From Candidatus Levyibacteriota bacterium (lineage in GTDB: Bacteria; Patescibacteriota; Microgenomatia; Levybacterales; UBA12049), in contig JAJDCH010000012.1 in NCBI GenBank assembly GCA_029260905.1, positions 2,249-66,248 of the forward strand: a stretch of 64,000 nt of DNA, written 5' to 3'. A program made the position numbers and the translations under genes. Positions 28,649-37,777 of this stretch are shown here, one piece after another. Numbering within the stretch: position 1 is the first letter of the stretch; each line of letters begins with the position of its first letter. The notes under the pieces are model-generated. The model saw nothing but the letters and a program-made list of their open reading frames with translations. It did not search any database and was not told where the DNA came from.

Positions 28649-28665
28649 AAATTATCAGTTATCAG
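28638..28665. repeat. Heptamer array spanning the mraZ stop and rsmH start
   Basis: Coding strand CTGATAA CTGATAA TTTATGA CTGATAA. Confidence 0.8.
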
Positions 28666-29093
28666 TCTGTAGTATTGGATAGTTTTTCAGCTATCGCTTC
28701 GATATTCCCACTCAAACTTTTCTGATGATCATTCCAAACCTTTTTATCCCAGATCTCAACAAATCTCTCAATTCCTGCAAAGATTATCTCTGTCTTTATA
28801 TCTGCAAACTCTCTCAAATATGATGGAAGCACAAATCTTCCCTTGTTATCCAAATCTAAATCAGTTGCATTTCCCAATAAAAATCTCTGCAATTCCCTGG
28901 TATTTTTACTTGTAAAAGGCCTTCCCTCAGTTCCCTCAAGTAACGTTTTCCAATTCTTAACTGAAACAACAATCAGACAATTCTCAAATCCCTTTGTTAT
29001 TATTATTTTTTGTCCAAGAACATCTCTAAACTTTTTCGGCAATGCTGTTTGGTTTTTTTCACTAACTTTAGCTTCATACTGACCTATTAACAT
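28662..29093 (-). CDS. mraZ: Transcriptional regulator MraZ
   Basis: Two SpoVT/AbrB repeats, DNKGRFVLP, VEIWD; AGGAG Shine-Dalgarno. Confidence 0.96.
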   Translation of the reverse strand: MLIGQYEAKVSEKNQTALPKKFRDVLGQKIIITKGFENCLIVVSVKNWKTLLEGTEGRPFTSKNTRELQRFLLGNATDLDLDNKGRFVLPSYLREFADIKTEIIFAGIERFVEIWDKKVWNDHQKSLSGNIEAIAEKLSNTTD

Positions 29094-29120
29094 TTCTCCT
29101 GCCTTTCTGAGTCCAAATCT

Positions 29121-29183
29121 TGACCTACTATTTCCTACTTTGGACTACTTTTATATAATGCGCCTTTAAAAATATCTTGTCAA
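29121..29183 (-). promoter_or_regulatory. dcw promoter with three 10-bp-spaced MraZ-box-like repeats
   Basis: TTGACA (29178-83), 17 bp, CATTAT (29155-60), then AAGTAG-N4-AAGTAG-N4-TAGTAG. Confidence 0.75.
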
Positions 29184-29305
29184 CAGGTTCGATCAATATG
29201 GTAGTGTTTGTCAAAACAATAAGGTACAAAATGTGGGGTATTTTATGTAAGAAAAGTGTAAGAACAATTAATTGGGGTAAATAAATTAGAGGCTAAAATC
29301 AAAAA

Positions 29306-29803
29306 CTACAACTCCAGGTTACTTTCGGCAGAGTATGTTTTTCCGTCAGCTTTTTCAATTTTCAAATCAAGCTCAACCAATTCAACTCCTGAGTCATATC
29401 TACAAACATTTTTGGAACAACTCCCAAGATCAAGCCACTCTGATTCAAAACTTGCTCCTCCTTTTACATCAGCCTCGCCTATTATGCCTCTTTGCACACG
29501 ATCCAATCCACCCTCACTTCTCTCACTAGCTGTAGAATCTGCTTCATAGCTAAGGCTGTATTCGATTGATTCAATTCCCTCGGCTTTCTCAATTATAAAT
29601 TTTACTGCTTTTCCATCAGATTTTGCCTCCAGCTTTAATCCAAGCTCGTCTGCTGAAAGTTTTATGACTTTATTGGTTTCAACCAGTGATTCATCATCTT
29701 GTTTTTCTGCTTTGGGTGCAAAAAGAAGAAAACCCGTGACAAGAAGTAAAATAACGACAACAGCTGCACCTATCTGAACCCGACGATCTTTAAACATTTT
29801 CAT
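29306..29803 (-). CDS. Hypothetical membrane-anchored protein
   Basis: N-terminal TM, beta-rich ectodomain, LGSCSKNVCRYD Cys pair. Confidence 0.75.
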   Translation of the reverse strand: MKMFKDRRVQIGAAVVVILLLVTGFLLFAPKAEKQDDESLVETNKVIKLSADELGLKLEAKSDGKAVKFIIEKAEGIESIEYSLSYEADSTASERSEGGLDRVQRGIIGEADVKGGASFESEWLDLGSCSKNVCRYDSGVELVELDLKIEKADGKTYSAESNLEL

Positions 29804-29835
29804 TAATTAATGATACTGAAATGCAATGAGCATTG

Positions 29836-31209
29836 TCAAGCAAGCTTTGCCTGAAAATATGAAGCAAGATCTTTTATCGCAACCCTTTCCTGATCTGCGG
29901 TATTGCGATCTCTGATTGTCACTGTATCATCATCTAACGTGTCAAAATCAACTGTCACACACCATGGTGTGCCTGCCTCGTCTTGAGCCATGTAGCGCTT
30001 GCCTATATTGCCCCGTCCATCAAAAACAACTGAGAAATCTTCCTGAAGATCATCAAAAATTGATCTAGCCTTACTGATAAGCTCTTCTTTATTGCCAAGA
30101 AGCGGAAAAACAGCTACTTTGTACGGCGCGAGCATGGGGTGAATCTGCAGAACAACTCTTTTTTCTTCCTCTTTATATGAATCAACCAAAACCATTAGTA
30201 AAAGCCTGTTAATGCCAACAGCAGGCTCTATAACATGAGGCAGAATCTTTATTCCTGTTTGTGGATCAACTATTGTGAGATCTTTTTTTGACAAATCCAT
30301 ATGCTGTCTGAGGTCGTAGTCCGTACGATACGCAAGCCCCCAGAGCTCTTTAAAACCAAAAGGAAATTGGTATTCAAGATCCTCTGTGCGCATACTATAA
30401 AAAGACCTTTCCTCATTTGTATGCTCTCTCCAACGGAGATTGGTTTCATCGATTCCGAGTTTTTTAATCACAAAATCCCATATTTCTGCTTTCCATTTCT
30501 CAAATAACTCCTGCCAGTTACTTTGCTTGGGATCAAAAAAATACTCAATCTCACTCATGTCAAACTCGATTGTCCGAAAAACCGAATTACCTGGTGTTAT
30601 CTCATTCCTAAATCCTTTCCCTTGTTGGGCAATACCAAAGGGGAGTCTTACTCTTGTTGAATCAACGATGTTTCTGAAATTTATAAACATTCCTTGTGCT
30701 GTTTCTCCTCTCAAATAAGCCAAGCCCTTATCACCCTCAACTATTCCCAACTGAACAGGAAAAAGTTGATTAAATTTTCGAACATCAGTCCAGTCGATCT
30801 TGCCGCAATTGGGACACTTTATCTTATTTTGCTCAATGATCTTTTGCAGCTTGTCAATTGGAAGACCTTCTACTTTCTGATCAGGCAGACTATCCTCAAT
30901 CAGGTGATCAGCCCGCATCCGAGCCTTGCAGTTCTTGCAATCAATCATCGCATCAGCAAATCCCGACACGTGCCCTGATGCTTCCCAAACTTTCTGATGC
31001 GAGATGAGGCTGGCATCAAGTCCGACTATATCTGAATGTTTTTGCACAAAAGTCTTCCACCAGAGATCTTTTATATTTCGAAGAAGCTCTGTCCCCAGAG
31101 GTCCGTAGTCATAAGTATTGGCAAGCCCGCCATAGATCTCACTGCCTGGATAAATAAACCCGCGACGCTTTGCCAGTGCCACAATCTTTTCCATCTTATC
31201 TGATACCAT
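29836..31209 (-). CDS. glyQS: Glycyl-tRNA synthetase, alpha2 (eukaryote/archaea-type)
   Basis: KRRGFIYPGSEIYGG, YDYGPLG, LRGETAQG, FRNEITP, PHVIEPAVG, anticodon domain IGKRY..QDEAGTP. Confidence 0.96.
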   Translation of the reverse strand: MVSDKMEKIVALAKRRGFIYPGSEIYGGLANTYDYGPLGTELLRNIKDLWWKTFVQKHSDIVGLDASLISHQKVWEASGHVSGFADAMIDCKNCKARMRADHLIEDSLPDQKVEGLPIDKLQKIIEQNKIKCPNCGKIDWTDVRKFNQLFPVQLGIVEGDKGLAYLRGETAQGMFINFRNIVDSTRVRLPFGIAQQGKGFRNEITPGNSVFRTIEFDMSEIEYFFDPKQSNWQELFEKWKAEIWDFVIKKLGIDETNLRWREHTNEERSFYSMRTEDLEYQFPFGFKELWGLAYRTDYDLRQHMDLSKKDLTIVDPQTGIKILPHVIEPAVGINRLLLMVLVDSYKEEEKRVVLQIHPMLAPYKVAVFPLLGNKEELISKARSIFDDLQEDFSVVFDGRGNIGKRYMAQDEAGTPWCVTVDFDTLDDDTVTIRDRNTADQERVAIKDLASYFQAKLA

Positions 31210-31263
31210 TAGGGATATTATAAAGGGTTGAGCAAAAAGCGTAAAGGGTGAAGAAATAATAAT

Positions 31264-31527
31264 CTATTTTTTAGGCTTTTTGGGAACTGGTTTTAAGACT
31301 GGATCTGAGCCTTCGGGACTAACAGGATAAAAAACACCCTTCAACACTAGTCCTCCTGGATTCTTTGCGGCTTTAGCGAAAAGATTTCTTACTCCTCTTT
31401 CATTCATTGGCGTCGTATCTTTTGGCTTCTTCCTTAACCCTTCTGCTCTTCTTTCCTGACCAAAAGTCATAGCACTTGCAGCATCAGCTCTTGAATCCCT
31501 GAAGCCTCCATTGATTACCTCTCCCAT
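31264..31527 (-). CDS. Small basic hypothetical protein
   Basis: Open frame filling the recO-glyQS gap; TATAAT 6 nt before ATG 31527. Confidence 0.55.
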   Translation of the reverse strand: MGEVINGGFRDSRADAASAMTFGQERRAEGLRKKPKDTTPMNERGVRNLFAKAAKNPGGLVLKGVFYPVSPEGSDPVLKPVPKKPKK

Positions 31528-31567
31528 ACCTATATTATACACCTAGTAGTCAATATTTGAGGCTGAA

Positions 31568-32113
31568 TTAGTTAATTTTGGTGAAGATTCTGAGGGATTT
31601 GAGACGACGCTCGAGTATGTTTTCTATAAATTGCTCTGAATCAAATGCTTGAGCAAACTGCTGCTTATTCCAGTACCCCAAAAGGCTCAAAAGGCTTACT
31701 TCAAAATCAGCCACAATCTTCTCGATATTATTTTGATTATCAGATAATCTATCAAGTGTGTCAACTAGCAACTCAAACACTTCCATATTTTCCTGATTTT
31801 CAGGACAAAGCCCATCAACGATCTCACAAAGATGATAACTTGGAGGAATTTTATCCATATTATTTTTTATCTCAGCAAAATTATTAATTGTTATCGCCTC
31901 AGTCAAAATAGGATATGAATTGCCTTGATAAAGAGTGAAGACACCATGATTGAGAAGCTCTATATGGCCTGCCCTGCGGCTTGTGATCTTACGTACACCT
32001 GTCCCGCGGACAAAAATCTTACCATGAGTTTTGGTAAAAATAGTAAGAACACGATCCTGATCCTTATAATTACGTCTTCTTATAACCACTCCCTCTGTTT
32101 TGAAATTCTTCAT
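31568..32113 (-). CDS. recO: DNA repair protein RecO (short, no Zn finger)
   Basis: TEGVVIRRRNYKDQDRVLTIFTKTHGK, GVRKITSRR, FE..LLSLLGY. Confidence 0.88.
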   Translation of the reverse strand: MKNFKTEGVVIRRRNYKDQDRVLTIFTKTHGKIFVRGTGVRKITSRRAGHIELLNHGVFTLYQGNSYPILTEAITINNFAEIKNNMDKIPPSYHLCEIVDGLCPENQENMEVFELLVDTLDRLSDNQNNIEKIVADFEVSLLSLLGYWNKQQFAQAFDSEQFIENILERRLKSLRIFTKIN

Positions 32114-34149
32114 ATTTCAAGCTCAAGTTCTTTATCTGACAAGAGCGGGAATTCATCAATGACCTCATCGTTTACAACGATCGTGTATTGGTTATCATAA
32201 GTACCAGGCTGTTTTTGGATAAGAACAGGAAGTGGAGATCCTTTCTCAAGCTTAAATGGAAGAGTGTATGTGATTTCAAATTCAGCAGCTCCTTTGGGAC
32301 GCACTGTCAAAAAGCCCTCAAAGACAGTCTTTCCAAACTCCTCATAAGTACTTACCTTGACTTGAGATCCTTTACTATTAATCAGCTTACTGCCTTTTGG
32401 CACATAGATCCTAAACCAATCACGATATTCTGCATTTAGACAAAGCCCACCTGATTCAAGATTACAATCACTTGGAGGGAAAGGATTTTTATAATTAACA
32501 GTCACAGTTTTGGTAATTACGCCATCTTCAATCTGATACTTTTGCTCTACAGCCTCCTCCATAAAGATATTTACCTTCGCGCCAGAAAAACTACTTTCAT
32601 TAATATGCAGATAATCCCCTTCAAAATCCTTTATCCTACCTGCTGCATTTAAACCCTCGATGCCTTTTTGAGCTTGCTCATCATATAAATAAACAAGTAG
32701 ATGCTTTTCATTAATTTGTGTCAGCATTGATTGAAAAAGCGGACCCCAGTAAATCTTGGGACTTGATGAAAGAGCCTTTGTCATAATAGCTTGCAAGAGA
32801 TCTCCTAGAAGTCCTTTTCTGTCTGTTTTAACATAATTAACAGGACGTGAGATATTATCTTCCAATTCATAAATAACTTGTGGACAATCACACCTCGCAT
32901 CTTCTTTGGTGTTGAATTCGACACCTCCTGCAGTAACGGTATCATCAAGAATTTTAATAGTTGAGACAAGAACATTTGTATCAATTGCGACTATTCCATC
33001 AACATCAACACTTGTTGTTGCCTTTTCATAAAGTTTATTAAACTCTTCCATTGAGGTTATGAAATCAGGCGATAAATTACTGTCTCTCAAATTGGCTTGA
33101 GGAACTTTTGGCAAATATTTGAGAATTGGGGCTGATGCCTTTCCCTTGTTTGGTATCGAATCATCAAGATTGTAGATGTCCTCAGACTTATCAATATGAA
33201 TAACACCTTTATCAAGCCTGAATATCGCATATCCTGTCAGGAAACCACCTGTTGGTCTTAGCTCCTTATCATTCTGGAAAAGAATCAGATATTTCTTTTC
33301 CTCCTTCTCACCAAGAAGCGAAGGCAACACTTTTATAAGTGGCTTTGCATCGCTTACAAACGTAACCCCTTCATCTGTGAGATTCTTTACCATTGCTATC
33401 TGTGTCTGGATCTTTTCACCAAAGATAAGCTTAGGGTAATGCTGGGGATCTACCTTATCCATCTCTTCTTTGACTTTATCAAGGCTTTCTGAAATCTTAT
33501 CAATTTGTGGCGTTATCTTTCCCGCCGTAAGAACTGCTGTCTTGATTCTATCTTCTGCTGATCCTTCAGCAAAGCTTCCCTGCCCCTTAAGCCCCAAAAC
33601 ATCTGCATAAGGTTTAAGCGAGTCAACCACAATTGTTGCCGAATCAAGTCCATGCGCGCCAGCTGCCATCATGTGTTCTGCATCATTATAATACCAGTTA
33701 ACAACTGGGACTATTTTCAATGGAAGTAAAAATGCAAAATTTCTCCTGGTTGCCCCAAGCTCTTTTTTGGTTTTTTCAATCTCAACTGATGCTAGTTCAA
33801 TATTTTGGGTTTTTATTGCCTCAGCAGTAAGTCTCGCCTGATGATAAGTCTTTATTCCAGAACGGTATGTAGCATAAGCAGGAATACTAATAAGCCCAAA
33901 AAGAACAAGAACAATAAGAAACGCCACTCTAACTTTTTTGGGAATCCCAAATTTATTTTTTTTACTTCTTTTTCCCATATTAAAATTTGTATTCTTCCAA
34001 TCGCTTTGACCTTTTTCTTTTGAGAGACGAGAATGCACAACCGTTCCTTTTTGTCCCCAGTCACGTCCTGAATTTTTTGAAACAGGAATTCTCAATCCTG
34101 AATCGGATTTGGAATTATTATTTCCTAGCTCAATCTTATCAAACCCCAT
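32110..34149 (-). CDS. DUF4012-domain membrane-anchored protein
   Basis: YLILFQNDKELRPTGGFL, RDSNLSPDF, VDGIVAID, QKQPG; start moved to ATG 34149 because the ORF-track extension runs into the IS. Confidence 0.85.
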   Translation of the reverse strand: MGFDKIELGNNNSKSDSGLRIPVSKNSGRDWGQKGTVVHSRLSKEKGQSDWKNTNFNMGKRSKKNKFGIPKKVRVAFLIVLVLFGLISIPAYATYRSGIKTYHQARLTAEAIKTQNIELASVEIEKTKKELGATRRNFAFLLPLKIVPVVNWYYNDAEHMMAAGAHGLDSATIVVDSLKPYADVLGLKGQGSFAEGSAEDRIKTAVLTAGKITPQIDKISESLDKVKEEMDKVDPQHYPKLIFGEKIQTQIAMVKNLTDEGVTFVSDAKPLIKVLPSLLGEKEEKKYLILFQNDKELRPTGGFLTGYAIFRLDKGVIHIDKSEDIYNLDDSIPNKGKASAPILKYLPKVPQANLRDSNLSPDFITSMEEFNKLYEKATTSVDVDGIVAIDTNVLVSTIKILDDTVTAGGVEFNTKEDARCDCPQVIYELEDNISRPVNYVKTDRKGLLGDLLQAIMTKALSSSPKIYWGPLFQSMLTQINEKHLLVYLYDEQAQKGIEGLNAAGRIKDFEGDYLHINESSFSGAKVNIFMEEAVEQKYQIEDGVITKTVTVNYKNPFPPSDCNLESGGLCLNAEYRDWFRIYVPKGSKLINSKGSQVKVSTYEEFGKTVFEGFLTVRPKGAAEFEITYTLPFKLEKGSPLPVLIQKQPGTYDNQYTIVVNDEVIDEFPLLSDKELELEI

Positions 34150-34237
34150 CACTATATCATAGTGAAACAAAATAAGCTTTGTCAACTTGACAAAACGGCA
34201 CTTATCCCTTGACAACAAGGAAATAGTATGATATACT

Positions 34238-35149
34238 ATGCCTATGACAAATAAATTTAGCCTTAGACAATTTAAGAGAAAATATGGTACACATGATATG
34301 TGCCTTGAAGCTATCAAGCAATTACGCTTTCCTGACCCATACACTTGCCCCAAATGTAATTCAGAGCAAAAGTTTTATCCTGTTAAGGGTCGCACTTCCT
34401 ATGCTTGTAATTCATGCGGTCATCACATCTATCCTCTAGCTGGTACAATCTTTGAGAAATCCACTACTCCACTTGATCTATGGTTTTTCGCTATGTATCT
34501 AATGGTACAAACACGAAGCGGTATATCCGCCAAACAGCTTGAGAGAATGCTAGGCGTTACATATAAGACTGCATGGCGTATGTTTAAGCAAATCAGAATG
34601 TTAATGGCTGAAACAGGCGGAGGGCTTTTAGACGGGATTGTTGAGATAGATGAGACTTTTGTAGGCGGTAAGGGCAAGAATAGAGCCTATGAATGGAAAC
34701 AGGAAGTTGAGGAGAAAGAAAAACAAATCTTAATGGGTTTTATCCAAAGAGAGGGCAAAGCATATATAAAACACATACCAAATACAGGTAAATATACTCT
34801 TTTAAGACAAGTTAAAGAAAATGTTAGTCCTACTGCTAGGGTTATGACAGATGAGTTTATGTCTTATCACGGATTAACTCAAATGGGATACTTTCATCAA
34901 TCAGTCAAACACAAAGCTAGAGAGTACGCTAGAGGCGATGTACACACTCAAAGCATTGAGAGCTTCTGGGGTGGCTTGAAAAGAGGTATATATGGTGTAT
35001 ACCGAGTAGTAAGTAAAAAATATCTTCAAGCCTATGCTGATGAGTACGCATGGAGATACAATTACAGATTACATCAAGGCGGAATGTTTGAGTTGCTACT
35101 TAATCAAGTAGCTGAGGTTAAGGCTTTGAAGGCTGAGAAGCTCGTTTAA
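34238..35149 (+). CDS. IS1595 (ISXO2-like) DDE transposase
   Basis: CPKC...CNSC Zn ribbon, GISAKQLERMLGVTYKTAWRM HTH, VEIDETFVGG, TDE, HTQSIESFW, YADEYAWRYN; real start may be ATG 34244. Confidence 0.95.
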   Translation: MPMTNKFSLRQFKRKYGTHDMCLEAIKQLRFPDPYTCPKCNSEQKFYPVKGRTSYACNSCGHHIYPLAGTIFEKSTTPLDLWFFAMYLMVQTRSGISAKQLERMLGVTYKTAWRMFKQIRMLMAETGGGLLDGIVEIDETFVGGKGKNRAYEWKQEVEEKEKQILMGFIQREGKAYIKHIPNTGKYTLLRQVKENVSPTARVMTDEFMSYHGLTQMGYFHQSVKHKAREYARGDVHTQSIESFWGGLKRGIYGVYRVVSKKYLQAYADEYAWRYNYRLHQGGMFELLLNQVAEVKALKAEKLV

Positions 35150-35252
35150 GAAGTGCTAAAAAATCTTTTTTGGCATCCTCACGACCACCTTTTGAAAGCC
35201 AATCTCGTACTTTTTTATCCTTTGGGCTGAATTGTCTTTTTTTGTTTGCCAT
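35118..35252 (-). CDS. Unlisted 44-aa IS passenger protein convergent with the transposase
   Basis: MANKKRQFSPKDKKVRDWLSKGGREDAKKDFLALLKRASQPSKP*; AGGAGGT 11 nt upstream; overlaps the ends of both neighbours. Confidence 0.6.
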   Translation of the reverse strand: MANKKRQFSPKDKKVRDWLSKGGREDAKKDFLALLKRASQPSKP

Positions 35253-35679
35253 CTTTTTTTCCTACCTCCTTTTCTTCTTTCTTTTTCTGAATATAATTAT
35301 AGGCTTGAAAAGCTAACGGAATAAAAATTGTAGCTAAGCCTTCAATTTTTTTGTCGTACATAAGTAGTCCTGCTCCAACAAGTATCATTGTAATTGTAAT
35401 TACAAAAGCAGCTATTATTCCCAGTCGTTCATTTAGAACATTTGAGCCTATTACTTTCCCTTCTATGCCTTGTCTATGCTTTACTTGACCTTCAAAGACT
35501 TTAATAATTCTATTAGCTGCTCCAGGACATATTTCTTCATACTTTTGCAAAATACTAGGATGTGGCAGAGGACCTGCAAAACTTTGCGAAACCATTATTG
35601 AGGTTTGTCTTGTGTTTTGGGCAGGATTAGATGTTGGCTGTTCTGTAGGCTGCTGCCTGTTCTGGATTTTCTTGTTCAT
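35215..35679 (-). CDS. DUF2335-like membrane protein (IS passenger)
   Basis: SFAGPLPHPSILQKYEEICPGAANRII...HR...E, two TM helices. Confidence 0.8.
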   Translation of the reverse strand: MNKKIQNRQQPTEQPTSNPAQNTRQTSIMVSQSFAGPLPHPSILQKYEEICPGAANRIIKVFEGQVKHRQGIEGKVIGSNVLNERLGIIAAFVITITMILVGAGLLMYDKKIEGLATIFIPLAFQAYNYIQKKKEEKEVGKKDGKQKKTIQPKG

Positions 35680-35875
35680 ATTGCTTGATTGCATTATCTA
35701 AATCACATCCAACAACTATCCAATCTCTGTTAACTGCTTTGCTATCCGCTTCCTCGTCTGTCTGGGAATAATTGTAATGATCTAATTGCCCAAATAAATC
35801 CACACCTCTTGCCACGCCCTTCATAAAAGATGGTTTTATAAATAGGGCGGACGAATTTAGGATTTGTTCTGACAT
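35627..35875 (-). CDS. Hypothetical protein (IS passenger, partner of DUF2335)
   Basis: PSFMKGVARGVDLFG...EADSKAVNRDWIVVGCDL; TTGACA-17-GATAAT upstream overlaps ATG 35887, which favours ATG 35875. Confidence 0.7.
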   Translation of the reverse strand: MSEQILNSSALFIKPSFMKGVARGVDLFGQLDHYNYSQTDEEADSKAVNRDWIVVGCDLDNAIKQYEQENPEQAAAYRTANI

Positions 35876-36004
35876 ATCTTTTTGCATTATCTAATTTTCC
35901 CTTCTCCATGTCAAGAAGGGATAAGATTTGTGTAAAAAAAAGGTAAATTTACTCCTTGCTCTCACGGGATAGGGTCGGACAAAACGCTTGAAAATAGATC
36001 TAAA

Positions 36005-36670
36005 TCAAAGAGCACCGCGACCAGAGATCATAGCCCATGGAGTTTTGAGAATTATCCAAAAATCATAAAAAATTGATCTTCTTTTCGCATACTCAGCATC
36101 CATCTGGATTCTTTTATCAAAATTAATATCAGACCTTCCGGCAACCTGCCAAAAACCTGTAATTCCAGGCTTGACCGAAAGCACGACTTTTACTGCATCT
36201 TTTGTATAAGGATATTTCTTCTGTTGCTCAGTCAACTCATCTGGATAATATGCGCGAGGTCCAACTATACTCATCTCACCTTTTAAGACATTTATAAATT
36301 GGGGTAATTCATCAAGTGAATACTTTCTGATAAATTTTCCAACCTTTGTAATTCTTGGATCATTCTTTAGCTTATAGCTTCCTTTTTTATAAGCATTATA
36401 TAGTTCTTTATAACGCGGATCTTTTCTAAGCAGGATGTGAGCATCTTTCACCATTGAACGAAATTTATACATCTTGAAGCGTTTCCCAAACTGACCAACC
36501 CTTTCTGGTGTATCAGCAAGAATTGTTCCTTTTGAATTTAATTTTATTGCAATAGTAACAGCAATAATAATGGGAGAAAATATGAAAAGGAGGATGATTG
36601 ACAAAATTACATCAATAATTCTTTTGGCAGTATCATAAAGGCCCTTTTTTTCTGATTCTTTATTTGACAT
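36005..36670 (-). CDS. Priming sugar transferase (polyprenyl phosphoglycosyl transferase)
   Basis: KRIIDVI, KFRSM, DPRITKVG..IRKYSLDELPQ.INVLKGEMSIVGPR, KPGITGFWQV. Confidence 0.93.
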   Translation of the reverse strand: MSNKESEKKGLYDTAKRIIDVILSIILLFIFSPIIIAVTIAIKLNSKGTILADTPERVGQFGKRFKMYKFRSMVKDAHILLRKDPRYKELYNAYKKGSYKLKNDPRITKVGKFIRKYSLDELPQFINVLKGEMSIVGPRAYYPDELTEQQKKYPYTKDAVKVVLSVKPGITGFWQVAGRSDINFDKRIQMDAEYAKRRSIFYDFWIILKTPWAMISGRGAL

Positions 36671-36673
36671 TTC

Positions 36674-37759
36674 TTATGCTAAGTGTTCGTGTTTAGTACC
36701 CTCAAGTTTTTCAACAAACTTCTTAACCTTTGGTATTGAACTTTTCGGACAAACAAGTGTAACATCATCAGTTTGCACAACAACCATCTCCTCAAGATCA
36801 ATACCTACAACAAGACTTTTACCACCAATATTATAAACAAGTGAATCTGAACTATCCTCAACCAAAACATTGCCTCTTATAACATTATCTTTTTCTTTTT
36901 CGGAAAGTGCCTCCTTGAGCGCCTCCCATGCGCCAATATCGCTCCATTCAATGTTTTCTGAAATAACATATGCATCTTTTGGATCAAGCTTTTCCAAAAT
37001 CACATTGTCAAAATGAATTTTTTCAAGGTCCGGATAAATCTTTCCCAAAACTTCATAAAAATTATCAGTACCCCAAGAATCAACTATTTCTTTAAGTCCT
37101 TTATAAACATCTGGCGCAAACTTTTGATATTTCTTCCACAAAAAATCAGGCGTTGTAACAAAATAGCCCAAATTCCAAGTATGCTCTCCGCTTGTCAAAT
37201 ATCTTTTTGCAGTTTCACTATCAGGCCTGTATTTAAAGTCAACAAATGAATAAAAAGGAATATCGTTTCTACTTGATACAGGGTCACCATGTTTTATCCA
37301 GCCAAGGTTCTCACTTGCAAATCTAGGCTTTTGCGAAACAAAAACAATTCTATCTTTTTCTTCAGTTATTATCTCGCCTGCTGTTTTTAGTATTTTCCTG
37401 AAATGCTTTTCATTTTTAACCAAATGATCACTCCAAAGAATTACCATTGGCTCATCTGGCGCAACTTTAGTTAAGATACCAGCCATCAGACCAACAGCTG
37501 GTCCCACATCCCGCATCTTTGGCTCTCCCACCACATGATCATGGGGAAGATCTGGCAACTGCTTTCTTACTATATCTACATACGATTTTCCTGTTGCCAC
37601 AAATATATCTTCATATTTAAAATCTGGCTGAAGTCTTTCAACTGCCAACTGAAGGGTAGATTTATCCCCAACAATTTTCTCAAACTGCTTTGGAGTGTTT
37701 TTTCTTGAGAGTGGCCACAGCCTGCTACCAACTCCTCCTGCAAAAATCACAATTTTCAT
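36674..37759 (-). CDS. manC: Mannose-1-phosphate guanylyltransferase
   Basis: AGGVGSRLWPLSR..PKQF, EP, SDH, WSDIGAW. Confidence 0.85.
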   Translation of the reverse strand: MKIVIFAGGVGSRLWPLSRKNTPKQFEKIVGDKSTLQLAVERLQPDFKYEDIFVATGKSYVDIVRKQLPDLPHDHVVGEPKMRDVGPAVGLMAGILTKVAPDEPMVILWSDHLVKNEKHFRKILKTAGEIITEEKDRIVFVSQKPRFASENLGWIKHGDPVSSRNDIPFYSFVDFKYRPDSETAKRYLTSGEHTWNLGYFVTTPDFLWKKYQKFAPDVYKGLKEIVDSWGTDNFYEVLGKIYPDLEKIHFDNVILEKLDPKDAYVISENIEWSDIGAWEALKEALSEKEKDNVIRGNVLVEDSSDSLVYNIGGKSLVVGIDLEEMVVVQTDDVTLVCPKSSIPKVKKFVEKLEGTKHEHLA

Positions 37760-37777
37760 ACTTTACACATTATAATA

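Larger units (their letters stand above)
34197..35977. mobile_element. IS1595-family element with passenger genes, 1781 bp, 8-bp TSD GACAAAAC
   Basis: TSD at 34189-34196 and 35978-35985; imperfect 25-bp TIRs GGCACTTATCCCTTGACAACAAGGA vs (reverse complement) CGACCCTATCCCGTGAGAGCAAGGA. Confidence 0.85.

Noticed and set aside
29200-29290. Extra TTGACA and GTGGGG/TGTAAG repeats upstream of mraZ
   Set aside because: Spacing is irregular and no matching -10 was found; not supportable as additional MraZ boxes.
34085-34120. Possible decayed heptamer tract in the DUF4012 N-terminus (SKSDSGLRI)
   Set aside because: Too degenerate to support.
34150-34353. 68-aa N-terminal extension of the DUF4012 ORF
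   Set aside because: It runs through the IS end and antisense to the transposase; ATG 34149 has its own promoter.
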